A DNA stretch of 64,000 nt, from NCBI GenBank assembly GCA_016716675.1, contig JADJVG010000008.1, positions 123,134 to 187,133 of the forward strand, in the 5' to 3' direction. Below are positions 21,495 through 30,723 of this stretch, piece by piece. The translations under genes and the position numbers were made by a program. Origin of the DNA: Hyphomicrobium sp. (lineage in GTDB: Bacteria > Pseudomonadota > Alphaproteobacteria > Rhizobiales > Hyphomicrobiaceae). The notes under the pieces are model-generated. The model saw nothing but the letters and a program-made list of their open reading frames with translations, was not told the DNA's origin and searched no databases. Each line of letters begins with the position of its first letter. The stretch's first letter is position 1.

Positions 21495-21632
21495 TTAGCC
21501 CTGCATGGCGCAGACTTGGGCCACGAGCGCCTTGCGGCATCTGTAGATGTGGACGAGGGCGATCGCGCCGAGGATCACAAGTCCGAAGGGCACGAAGACG
21601 GCGATCACGTAGGCAATTTTTGTCGATGTCAT
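21495..21632 (-). CDS. Small single-TM protein (45 aa), below the ORF-track cutoff
   Basis: Hand translation MTSTKIAYVIAVFVPFGLVILGAIALVHIYRCRKALVAQVCAMQG; GGAGG RBS upstream. Confidence 0.65.
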   Translation of the reverse strand: MTSTKIAYVIAVFVPFGLVILGAIALVHIYRCRKALVAQVCAMQG

Positions 21633-21782
21633 TGACCCCTCCATGGAGGTCTTCGTTGAATGTGTGCATCAATGTACCAGAAGAGTTTTGCACTCCGGCT
21701 CATAGGGGCTGCGCAATTCACAGGTTGAATTTAAGGATTCAGAAGTCCCTGCGCCGCAGCAAATTTCGCGGTACCGGAAGCT

Positions 21783-23162
21783 TCACAGCATCGAGACTTT
21801 GAGCGGCATGCCGCCTCTCGGGTGCAGCGTGACGCGGCTGACCGGCTCGGGCAGATGCTTGCCGTCCCAATCGAAGCGCGCCGATTGCAGCAGTGTCGCG
21901 AGCACCGCGGTTGCTTCGACCAACGCGAACGATGCGCCGATGCAAACGCGCGGACCCGCACCGAACGGCATGAACTGCGTGCGCTGCATTTTGGCTTCGC
22001 GTTCGGGCAGGAAGCGATCAGGATCGAATTTGCCGGGGTCATCCCACGTCGCCGTGTGCCGGTGCACGGCGAACACAGGGATCACGATGAGGCACGGTTA
22101 CGGTAACACGATCCCGCCGAGTTCGGTGGCTTCTGCGTTGACCCGCGTCATGGCCGGCACCGGCGGATAGAGCCGCATCGATTCCTTGAGCACGCGTTGC
22201 GTGATCGGCAGCTTCGCAATATCGTCCGCCGTGACGGCGCGGCGTCCGGCGACGGAGAGCACTTCATTGCGCACGAGGTCTTGCCACTCGGGCGCGCGTG
22301 CCAACAGATAGAGCGTCCATGTTAGCGCCTTGGCGGTCGTCTCGTGGCCAGCCAGCAGGAAGGTGGCGAGATTGTCGATAAGGGCTTCATCCGACATCGG
22401 CGCGCCTGTGTCGGGATTGCGGGCTTGCAGCATGCGGGCAACAAGGTCGTCGCCCTCGATACCCGATGCGCGGCGCTTGTCGAGAAGGCGCTGGACGACG
22501 GCGCGGCCCTCTCGTGCGGCGCGCATCATTTTCCGCTTGCCCGGATACCACCAGCGCTCGGGCGTCAGCATCAAGGCGGCGGCCACCGACCACATGATCG
22601 GCTCGATATAGGCGTGGCCAGTGCGTTGAATTTCGACGGCTTCGTTTGCGTCGATGCCAGCAAGGATCGTGCGCGTGATCACCGCGAACGTCGTCTCGGT
22701 CATGTCCCTGTCGATGGCTGCGGTGTGCGATGGACCGAGGCTGCGCCAGCGCGCAATCTGCTCGTTAGCGGCGGTCGTCATGGCCGGCACATAGCCGTAG
22801 GCGTCATTGGGACGGAACAGTGGGCTTGCGAGTTTGCGCTGCCAGCGCCAGTGGTCGCCATCTGCCGTCAACAGGCCTGTGCCGATCAGCGGGCGCAGCA
22901 CGCGCTTGTCGAGACGTGTTTTGACGAACACGTCGGTACGTTTGATGAGGATCTGTTCGATAAGCTCTGGCCCGGTGACCCAGGCGACGAGCGGTCGTTT
23001 GCGGCCATAGGCAACGATCGGCTGCTCATAGACCGTGCGGGGCAGGGAGCGCAGCGGATTGCGCACGAAGCGCGTCAAGCTCAGATAGAGCGGTAGCGCT
23101 CGCGCCGCCGGTGGAACCGTCGGTGGATACAAGGCGGGGGCGGTGGGGATCGTCGCTGACAC
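21783..23162 (-). pseudogene. Cytochrome P450 interrupted by an in-frame TAA (22098-22100)
   Basis: AGHETT and ExxR (ESMR) lie upstream of the stop; PDRF and FMPFGAGPRVCIG lie downstream in the same frame; AGGAGG RBS before GTG 23162. Confidence 0.88.
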
Positions 23163-23241
23163 GGATGACCTCCTATTTCGCGGTATACGCGAAAATATCG
23201 GGCGCCGATCCGGGAATTATGCCGCGACGATGCGCGGCGTC

Positions 23242-23409
23242 TTAGACGGCGGCCTTGGCGGCAGCAGCGCGGGCCTTGCCGGCCTGCTTCTTGAGGCGCG
23301 AACGAACGGCCGGGGTATTGCCCTGCACGCGCGTAACCTTGGCGCGCGGAATGGCGCGACGGGCCTTCTTCTTCTGCTTCTGGATGTTCTTGAGCGAGGT
23401 CTTAGCCAT
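23242..23409 (-). CDS. Very basic small protein (55 aa; 18 K/R, no D/E), below the ORF-track cutoff
   Basis: Hand translation MAKTSLKNIQKQKKKARRAIPRAKVTRVQGNTPAVRSRLKKQAGKARAAAAKAAV; host-like codons (AAG, CGC, GCC). Alternative start at 23415. Confidence 0.7.
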   Translation of the reverse strand: MAKTSLKNIQKQKKKARRAIPRAKVTRVQGNTPAVRSRLKKQAGKARAAAAKAAV

Positions 23410-23552
23410 GGTCATATTCCGTTTGAAAAGAAATGGGGGCAGCCATGAGGCGCCCCGCGAGCCACCCGTCTAGGCGAACCGGGTGGATATGGCAAGGTCT
23501 GGCAAGGCGCGATTATTGCGTCACGAGCGCCAAATGGCGGCCGAAAGCGCCT

Positions 23553-24083
23553 TTAACCCATGAAGTACTGTAAACCAAAGTAACTGGGGGCAATCACGCC
23601 TGCCGCCCAGATGAACGCCGAAGCGATATTCGCCACCTGGAACTGCCATTGGGGCACCGCATACATGCCCGCCACCACGGGGATAATGGCCCGCACGGGG
23701 CCGAAGAAATGCCCGAGGAAGACGCCGATGGCGCCCCATTTTTTGAAGAACGTCTCGCCCTGCTCCAGCACACCGGCGTTATTGCGGAACGGCCAGATCG
23801 TCTTGATGTCTTCCTTGTAGTAGCGGCCGATCCAATAGGAGATGGCGTAGCCTAAGGTGCCGCCGAGGCCCGCGGCGAAGATGGCAGGCCAGAGCACGTC
23901 CAGTCCGACACCGCCGGCGGCCAGAAGCCCGGAGATCGCAACCAGGATCGCGGTGCCGGGCCATAGGATCGAAAGGAAGCAGAAGCTTTCCAGAAACGCG
24001 ACCATGAACGCCATGGGCGCAGCCCACGCCGAATGATCGCGCACGAACGTGACGATGACATCAACGAAATCCTGGACGGTCAT
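23553..24083 (-). CDS. DedA family membrane protein
   Basis: FLESFCFLSILWPG, GYAISYWIGR, GHFFGPVRAIIPVVAG motifs. Confidence 0.92.
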   Translation of the reverse strand: MTVQDFVDVIVTFVRDHSAWAAPMAFMVAFLESFCFLSILWPGTAILVAISGLLAAGGVGLDVLWPAIFAAGLGGTLGYAISYWIGRYYKEDIKTIWPFRNNAGVLEQGETFFKKWGAIGVFLGHFFGPVRAIIPVVAGMYAVPQWQFQVANIASAFIWAAGVIAPSYFGLQYFMG

Positions 24084-24184
24084 GAAGAGCTTTCTCAGAA
24101 GCCTCTGCGGCGGGTTCGACAGTACGGGGCGCTATAGGAGACCCAGCATGCGCACGCGGATACATAGGCGCCTCAGCGGCGCGA

Positions 24185-24652
24185 TCAAGTCCTGCTGCAA
24201 CGCTTACTGATTTCCTTGGCCAATTCCCGCCCGACATCGCCTGCCAGCATCACGCCTCGGGAAACTTGTGCGGGCGTGAGGTTCTTGCCGCCCGGTCCGC
24301 GCAAAGCGCCGGGGGCGGAATCGGCTTCGCGTTTTGAGTGTTGAAGTTCTTCACACGACATTTCCTTGCGCCGCTTGCTCATCGCAAACAGGCGAACACC
24401 CGACGCGTGTGCCTCCGGTGCGGCCGGCTGTTTGATCCACGAGCGCGACTTGTCGGCCATGTAGCTGTCGAAGACTTTTTCGCGCTGGGCGATACAGTGG
24501 GCACTGTCGTCAACGCAGCGCAGGCCCAAAGACGGCGGCGCCACAGTCGGTTCCGAACCGGCACAGGCGGCCACCGCAAGGGCGATCGCAATGGACATGC
24601 AACGGATTGCGGCCACGCGCGTTGTGGTGATCGACCGTGCTGAGTTGCTCAT
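24185..24652 (-). CDS. Hypothetical lipoprotein
   Basis: Lipobox-like VAAC followed by a Cys-containing helical domain; start placed at ATG 24652. Confidence 0.7.
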   Translation of the reverse strand: MSNSARSITTTRVAAIRCMSIAIALAVAACAGSEPTVAPPSLGLRCVDDSAHCIAQREKVFDSYMADKSRSWIKQPAAPEAHASGVRLFAMSKRRKEMSCEELQHSKREADSAPGALRGPGGKNLTPAQVSRGVMLAGDVGRELAKEISKRCSRT

Positions 24653-24851
24653 CTGCCCTGCTCTTGAGTGGTCATATCCTTGCCCCGAAAAGGGCAGCAT
24701 GGCGGGCTCAAGGCGGCACCACGTCTGTCCTGTGAACGGCGCTTCTGCCTAGCCGGATTCGCAGCCAGCGTCTCAATTGCCCTATAGTGCGCCCAACCTA
24801 ACGTGCGCCACGCGTTTCCGGCGTCTCGCCCTCAATTGGAAAGCTTCCGAT

Positions 24852-25820
24852 ATGTCTCGCGCTATTCAGATCCAAAGCTACGGCGGCCCTGAGGTTTTTT
24901 CGCCTCACGATGTCCACGTCGGCGAACCAGGCCCCGGAGAGGTGCGGCTCTCGCAAAAAGCCATTGGTATCAACTACATCGATATCTATCAGCGCACCGG
25001 CCTCTACAAGTTGCCGGCATTGCCGGCGGTGCTCGGCATGGAAGGCGCGGGCGACGTTACGGCGGTTGGCGCCGGCGTTTCAGACCTCAAGGTCGGTGAT
25101 CGCGTCGCTTATGCCAGCTGTCCGGGGGCCTACGCCGAGGAGCGGTTGGCGCCCGCCGACCGCATGGTCAAACTGCCGGATCGGATTTCCTATGAGACGG
25201 CCGCCGCGATGATGCTGCAGGGCATGACGGTGCGCTATCTGTTGCGCCAGACGTTCTTCGTGCAGCCCGGCACGGTGATGCTGTTTCATGCGGCGGCAGG
25301 CGGCGTCGGCCTGATTGCATGTCAGTGGGCGCGGGCGCTGGGTGCGACGATGATCGGCACCGCCAGCTCTGACGAAAAGGCAGCGCTCGCCAAATCCTAT
25401 GGCTGCACGCACGTCATCAATTCCAAAAAGGATGATTTCGTCGCGCGCGTTTCTGAGATCACAACCGGCAAGGGCTGCGATGTCGTCTACGACTCGGTCG
25501 GCAAGGATACGTATCTCGGTTCGCTGCAATGCTTGAAGCCGCGCGGGCTTTGGGTTTCGTTCGGCAACGCTTCTGGTCCCGTTCCGCCCTTCGACCTAAC
25601 GCTTCTGAAAGGCTCGCTTTTCGCCACGCGCCCGTCGCTTTTTGCCTATACCGCTTTACGTCAGGACCTACTCGACAACGCAGCCGATCTCTTTGAGATG
25701 GTGTCGAGCGGACAAGTCAAAATCGCGATCAATCATCGCTATGCCTTGAGCGATGTTGCTGCCGCTCACCGCGATCTTGAGCAGCGCAAGACCACCGGGT
25801 CGGTTATTCTCGTACCGTAA
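24852..25820 (+). CDS. qor: NADPH:quinone oxidoreductase (zeta-crystallin/Qor family)
   Basis: AIGINYID, LGMEGAG, HAAAGGVG, YDSVG, GSLFATRP motifs. Confidence 0.9.
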   Translation: MSRAIQIQSYGGPEVFSPHDVHVGEPGPGEVRLSQKAIGINYIDIYQRTGLYKLPALPAVLGMEGAGDVTAVGAGVSDLKVGDRVAYASCPGAYAEERLAPADRMVKLPDRISYETAAAMMLQGMTVRYLLRQTFFVQPGTVMLFHAAAGGVGLIACQWARALGATMIGTASSDEKAALAKSYGCTHVINSKKDDFVARVSEITTGKGCDVVYDSVGKDTYLGSLQCLKPRGLWVSFGNASGPVPPFDLTLLKGSLFATRPSLFAYTALRQDLLDNAADLFEMVSSGQVKIAINHRYALSDVAAAHRDLEQRKTTGSVILVP

Positions 25821-25830
25821 AAGGAAGTAC

Positions 25831-26496
25831 ATGTCGGAAGACGCAATGGACGATTTGATTGAGCTGTATTTCTGGACGACGCCCAATGGTTTCAAGATCT
25901 CGATCATGCTTGAGGAGCTTGGCGTCGATTATCGCGGGCACTTGATCGACATCGGCAAAGACGAGCAGTTCGCGCCAGATTTTCTGCGGATCTCACCGAA
26001 CAACAAGATTCCAGCCATCGTCGATCTGGACGGTCCTGACGGCCAGCCGATCGCGTTGTTTGAATCGGGTGCGATCCTGCAATACCTCGGCCGCAAGTAC
26101 TCGGCTTTTTATCCGACCAACGAGCGCAAAAAAGCGGACGTCGATCAGTGGCTGTTCTGGCAGGTGGGTGGACTCGGGCACATGGCCGGTCAGTGTCTGC
26201 ATTTCCGCAAGTATGCAACCGAGGCCATTCCCTATGGCGTTGCTCGCTACACCAAGGAAGTGACCCGCTTGTTCGGCGTGATGGAGCGCCGCTTGGCGGA
26301 CCGGCCGTATCTCGCAGGTGAGTATTCGATCGCGGATATCGCGTGTTTTCCGTGGGTGCGGCGCTGGCCGGATCTGGGACAGGACCTCACGCAGTTTCCG
26401 AAACTTGAGGCATGGTTCAAAACCATCGCAGCCCGTCCTGCGGTTCAGCGCGGCCTTGAGGCTGCAACCAGCGAGCGCGTTGTAAAGCGCGCTTGA
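25831..26496 (+). CDS. Glutathione S-transferase (YfcG/YghU-like)
   Basis: WTTPNGFK, ISPNNKIPAIVD, FESGAILQYL, YSIADIA; AGGAAG RBS. Confidence 0.92.
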   Translation: MSEDAMDDLIELYFWTTPNGFKISIMLEELGVDYRGHLIDIGKDEQFAPDFLRISPNNKIPAIVDLDGPDGQPIALFESGAILQYLGRKYSAFYPTNERKKADVDQWLFWQVGGLGHMAGQCLHFRKYATEAIPYGVARYTKEVTRLFGVMERRLADRPYLAGEYSIADIACFPWVRRWPDLGQDLTQFPKLEAWFKTIAARPAVQRGLEAATSERVVKRA

Positions 26497-26509
26497 TCGG
26501 CAGGCTCAC

Positions 26510-26758
26510 TTATCGGCCGTTCTCCAGCCGGGAGGGATCAATGGTCCGTCCCGTGACCTTCTGATACGCCATGGCGCCGAGCACTTTGTTTGAAGTGACA
26601 TGGCGCAGAATGGGATCGGGCTCGGGAGACGGCGTCGCCTGTGACGCGTCCTCTTCGTTCAGAAGTGCCGCGCCTAAAAACGATGGGCTAGAATCACCGT
26701 CGCGTGCGCAGGCCTGTAACGTCATCGCCAAGCAGGCGACAAGTAGTGCGCGCTTCAT
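26510..26758 (-). CDS. Small hypothetical lipoprotein (82 aa)
   Basis: MKRALLVACLAMTLQAC lipobox. Confidence 0.65.
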   Translation of the reverse strand: MKRALLVACLAMTLQACARDGDSSPSFLGAALLNEEDASQATPSPEPDPILRHVTSNKVLGAMAYQKVTGRTIDPSRLENGR

Positions 26759-27222
26759 AACTGTGCCCCTGAGTTCCCGTCGTCGTCGCGCCATCGTGTG
26801 GCGCCTTGTCAGTCGGGCAGCATCGTGTCGAAGACACATCCGCATTCCGGCCAACACGAGACAAAGTAATGGTGCCGGCCTGAACCCACGCTGAACAGCC
26901 CATTCAGCCTAGCGTTAGCAATGGCCGCGCAACCTGTCGCTATGGTCAATTTTCTCTTACGGCACCTGTTAAGGCGAGGTGAGTGGCTGTCGCAGAGTGG
27001 TTGGATTGTCCCATTATAGCGCGATTTTGCGATATTTTTCAGTCTGTAGCAACGATCAGATGCGATCAATTATCAGCAATATTTACGAGTTCTCATCGCT
27101 CAGATGACAAGGTGAACGTCAAGCGGGACCGGTAACAGGTCGCGTCCACAACCCCGGCGGCCGGCAACTGTTGACCGGAAAATCGTCGAAGTCAGTCATG
27201 AAGTTAGTCATGGAGTACGACA

Positions 27223-27495
27223 ATGGCGCGGATGGATTTCTCCTCGCGTGACATCATCGAATACGCAGCCCAAGGTGGTCAGCCGGACGCTCTGTTTGAG
27301 CTCGGTCTCATCTATTGCACCGGCCGTGAGGGTCATGTCGATCTGGTCGAGGCCCACAAGTGGTTCAACCTCGCAGCCGTCCGCGGCAACGAAGAAGCCA
27401 AGCGCTATCGCAATGAGCTGTCGAGCGAGTTGAGCAAGGCCGACATTGCGCGTGCGCAGAAGATGGCGCGTGAATGGATGCGGTCGCTGCACTAA
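27223..27495 (+). CDS. Small Sel1-like repeat protein
   Basis: ALFELGLIYCTGR...VDLVEAHKWFNLAAVRG; GGAG RBS. Confidence 0.88.
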   Translation: MARMDFSSRDIIEYAAQGGQPDALFELGLIYCTGREGHVDLVEAHKWFNLAAVRGNEEAKRYRNELSSELSKADIARAQKMAREWMRSLH

Positions 27496-27570
27496 GGCAC
27501 GGGTCGCTCATCGCGCGTTGTGCATTGCTGACGGCAACGCTGCGCGCGCAGTTTCACACGCGGTTGCGCA

Positions 27571-28227
27571 TCAGCAATCGCCGAATGACGTGATGCAGTC
27601 CCACGTCTTCTTGGCTGCATTACCGACGGCCTTTCCGGCCTTCTCGAGCGTGCTGCCGGTTGCTTTCGCGGCTTCACCCGCAGCATTGCCACCTTCTTCG
27701 ATCGCCTTCTCCGTTGATGCGACGCCCTTCTCGACGGCCTCTTTCACCGTCTTGGGCGCCGCGGCGGCTTGCGTAGGATCGTCGGTCGCTGCAGGTGGCG
27801 GCTGAGGCGGCTGAGGCGGCGCGGCGGTTGGCACCGGTTCTGTCTGCGGCGCCGGCTCCGGCGTTGCACTTGGCGTCAGCGCTGGTGTCACGCCCGCATC
27901 CGCGGCGGATGGCGGCACATCGATCTCCATGCCGCTCGGCATCGCCAGTTGCCGCACCGCACCCTTGCACGGCGTCTGCTGCTGGCGGTCGACGGAGCAC
28001 GACGCGTGCTGACCGGCCTTTGCGAGTTCCGTGATGCACAGCAATTTCAAACGCGTGTCGCTGGCTGTTCCGGCGGCGCCGTCAAACGTACAGGCATATT
28101 CCGCGGCAGGTCCTTCGCAGGTCACACAGTATTCGGTGGCCGCCGCGCTCGCGCTGACGGCCGCCAAGGCGGCGCTCAACCGGATGGCAGAACCTGCGGC
28201 GGCAGAAACGCTCAGAAAATGACGCAT
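27571..28227 (-). CDS. Secreted hypothetical protein: Cys-rich domain, Pro-rich linker, Ala/Lys-rich tail
   Basis: Signal peptide, YCVTC...C...C...C...C N-terminal domain, low-complexity C-terminus. Confidence 0.7.
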   Translation of the reverse strand: MRHFLSVSAAAGSAIRLSAALAAVSASAAATEYCVTCEGPAAEYACTFDGAAGTASDTRLKLLCITELAKAGQHASCSVDRQQQTPCKGAVRQLAMPSGMEIDVPPSAADAGVTPALTPSATPEPAPQTEPVPTAAPPQPPQPPPAATDDPTQAAAAPKTVKEAVEKGVASTEKAIEEGGNAAGEAAKATGSTLEKAGKAVGNAAKKTWDCITSFGDC

Positions 28228-28393
28228 TTGGGCACCTAGCTGGCGTGAAAAAATGGATGGTTCGGCAATCCGCGTGCTTATAGACCATAAATAGCAGCCC
28301 GGTCGAGGCGCCGCGCGGCCGAAAACCGCGACCGATCTTGTGTTCTTGCAATGCGTTATCGGCCCCTCTATAGGGTGGGACCTTCTGATTTGC

Positions 28394-28486
28394 GGAGACG
28401 TGGCCGAGTGGCTGAAGGCAACGGTTTGCTAAATCGTCATACGCTCTAAAAGCGTATCGAGGGTTCGAATCCCTCCGTCTCCGCCA
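28394..28486 (+). tRNA. tRNA-Ser(GCT)
   Basis: GGAGACG/CGTCTCC acceptor stem, TGGCCGAGTGGCTGAAGGCA D-arm, GCT anticodon, long variable arm, GGTTCGAATCC T-arm, encoded CCA. Confidence 0.97.
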
Positions 28487-28829
28487 CTATCGCAATTCCC
28501 ACCAGCCTGAAGGGTTTGGACCGCCACAGATCTGGCGGGCCCGCGCGACGGTTGTTTTATTTAGCAGTTACAATTCGTTATGATGACCGCTCGGGCGTGA
28601 TCCGCACCGTGGCGATGTCTAAAGCTACGTGTCGCCGCGTTCCGCGCAGAGGCTTGGTTGTATCGTTTTATCGGCGGGCAGTGTGCAGATGGACGATGGT
28701 GGCGAGAAGCCGCTCGTCGCTTTGCCCCGTGCTGGCTCTGCGCTGGTGGGCAGCAACCATCCGGCACGGTGTGCCGGGGAGAGGTGCCGAATGCAGTAGG
28801 ATTAGAAAGTTGGAGCTTGGATATCGGTA

Positions 28830-29534
28830 CTAAACGCTCACACCAAAGAGTTTACCGATTCCAGCAGTGACGAGCATGGCAAAAACACCACAGCCTACGA
28901 CTCGCGCAAGTGATGGGCCTACCGGCGCGCCTCCGGTCCTCGCTCCGAAGACTCCAAGCGCAGCAAGCGTGAGAATAGTAACTGTAAGAACCACAGGTAT
29001 GATGTAACCCGCTGGTGATAGTGCTGCAGCAATGAGCGGCACGCCGCCGGCAATCGAGAACGTGGCGCCCGAGGCCAAAGCCGCCTGAAGTGGATTTGCA
29101 GCGTGTATTTCGGACAAGCCTAGTTCGTCACGAACATGAGATCCTAGGGCATCGTGCTGTGTGAGTTCATCTGCGACCAGCTTGGCTGTCTTTGCTGAAA
29201 GCCCCCGATGCTGGTAGATTGCAAGCAACTCCGCGTGCTCCTTCTCAGGTTCATCGGTCAACGCTTGCCGTTCTCTCGCTATGTCGGCGCGCTCAATGTC
29301 GGACTGCGAGGAGACCGAAACGTACTCACCAGCGGCCATTGACATCGCGCCTGCCGTGAGGCCCGCCACGCCGGCGATCAATACGGCACGTGGGGAAGGA
29401 TCAGCGGATGCCACACCCAATAGCAACGATGATATCGACACAATGCCATCATTCGCACCCAATACCGCGGCCCGGAGCCAACCGCTGCGCGTGATGAAAT
29501 GTGGTTCGTTGTCGTGGGCTGATGGCAAAGTCAT
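28830..29534 (-). CDS. VIT1/CCC1 family Fe/Mn transporter
   Basis: WLRAAVLGANDGIVS, GAMSMAAGEYVSVSSQ, HVRDELG motifs. Confidence 0.93.
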   Translation of the reverse strand: MTLPSAHDNEPHFITRSGWLRAAVLGANDGIVSISSLLLGVASADPSPRAVLIAGVAGLTAGAMSMAAGEYVSVSSQSDIERADIARERQALTDEPEKEHAELLAIYQHRGLSAKTAKLVADELTQHDALGSHVRDELGLSEIHAANPLQAALASGATFSIAGGVPLIAAALSPAGYIIPVVLTVTILTLAALGVFGARTGGAPVGPSLARVVGCGVFAMLVTAGIGKLFGVSV

Positions 29535-29909
29535 GACCGTTTCTATCCTGTTAGAGGAACACAATAATAAACACGCAGAACCCTAGGTTCCACCACTCAG
29601 ACCCGTCTTGCGCCGAGCGAGGCTATTCGCCATCACAGAGCTATCGGAATCTGAATAGAATTAGGCGCTGAGTGTGGGCGCGAGAATAGCGAAGGCCATA
29701 AAGTGACGCCATCTATGGATCCGGTGCTGGCCAGCTCCATCGTCGAGGCGCTTGTCATGTGCATTGGTGATTGGCACGCCGAGTGAGAGGAATCCATCGG
29801 ACGCCGTTTCCATCGTGGCCCGATGATAGCACAGCATCACGCTCACGTTGCTGCGCGCCAGGCCGGAAAGAAGGCCGCGCGAGCAACCAGACTTCATTGC
29901 GGCAAGCAT

Positions 29910-30161
29910 CTACTTGCCTGGGCAGTTGAAGCGGCTGCCGAAGCGGTAACCGCCAGCGCCCTGGCCGACACATTTCCATTCGCCCAAATGACGATGCGGG
30001 ACCGTCGCGTCGAAGCTCGCTCTTTTCTGGCACGGACCTTTTGCGCAATGGCCGACGCCTTTTACGCGCGACGCGCCAGCCGACCACGCGATTTCATGAG
30101 CGCCTGCCGGAACTACGCCCAGTAAGCCAAAGACAATTGCGATTTGCTGGATCGTTTTCAT
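29910..30161 (-). CDS. Small secreted protein (83 aa, 4 Cys, 4 His)
   Basis: MKTIQQIAIVFGLLGVVPAGA signal peptide; downstream of the RND genes on the same strand. Confidence 0.6.
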   Translation of the reverse strand: MKTIQQIAIVFGLLGVVPAGAHEIAWSAGASRVKGVGHCAKGPCQKRASFDATVPHRHLGEWKCVGQGAGGYRFGSRFNCPGK

Positions 30162-30175
30162 GATATTCGGGCCCC

Positions 30176-30367
30176 TTATGATTTTTCCAGAGAGCCAGCG
30201 CTGCTGGCGTTGCGATTGTCTTGCCGCTTTGGGTCGGTCAGCGCCCCTGCCACTGTCGTGATTGAATCGCTGTCTTTCAGTGCCCAAACGACAACGGCCC
30301 AGAGCGCTGCGACAGTGAGCAGCGGATAGACGAGAGAGATGAGCGGTACGGGAAGAGCAGGGATCAT
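30176..30367 (-). CDS. Small single-TM protein (63 aa)
   Basis: ATG overlaps the DUF3240 stop; one hydrophobic helix. Confidence 0.45.
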   Translation of the reverse strand: MIPALPVPLISLVYPLLTVAALWAVVVWALKDSDSITTVAGALTDPKRQDNRNASSAGSLEKS

Positions 30368-30723
30368 GGTGCAGCTCTCTTCGTGCCAGCCTCTTGCGTA
30401 TCCGGCATCGTCTCGAGCAGACGGCCGACTTCGAGAACAGGCTCGAGCCAATAGCTCATGTGAGGGACAGGCAGCGCTTCGCGGATCGCTTCCAGAATCC
30501 GTGCAGCCCGTTCGCGCGGCATCACCGAGATCAAAACACAGCGTTCGACCCGCCCCCGCACGCGCTCGCGGATGTTCGCTTTTGAAAAGTCGAAGCCGTG
30601 TCCTTCGGCCTCGAAGGTCGTGAAGCCGCCGATCGCTGGTTTCATAGAGAGCATCAGTTCGATGAGGTTGTCTGCAACGCTTGGGGGGTAGACGAGCGTG
30701 AGCTTGCAAATGGATTGATCCAT
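30364..30723 (-). CDS. DUF3240 family (PII-like) protein
   Basis: GFTTFEAEGHG...ERVRGR pattern; usual position after cusA/czcA; GGAG RBS. Confidence 0.8.
   Translation of the reverse strand: MDQSICKLTLVYPPSVADNLIELMLSMKPAIGGFTTFEAEGHGFDFSKANIRERVRGRVERCVLISVMPRERAARILEAIREALPVPHMSYWLEPVLEVGRLLETMPDTQEAGTKRAAP

Noticed and set aside
23242-23409. Ribosomal protein S14 (MAK.S start, basic)
   Set aside because: Too short and lacks the S14 C-terminal R.RNRC...GR.R motif; kept as an unknown basic protein.
29600-29909. 82-aa minus-strand ORF upstream of VIT1
   Set aside because: No recognisable features; the overlapping frames are equally unconvincing.
30654-30723. 70-nt overlap of the RND pump with DUF3240 as a special feature
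   Set aside because: Most simply a drifted stop codon adding a short tail; no supporting signal.
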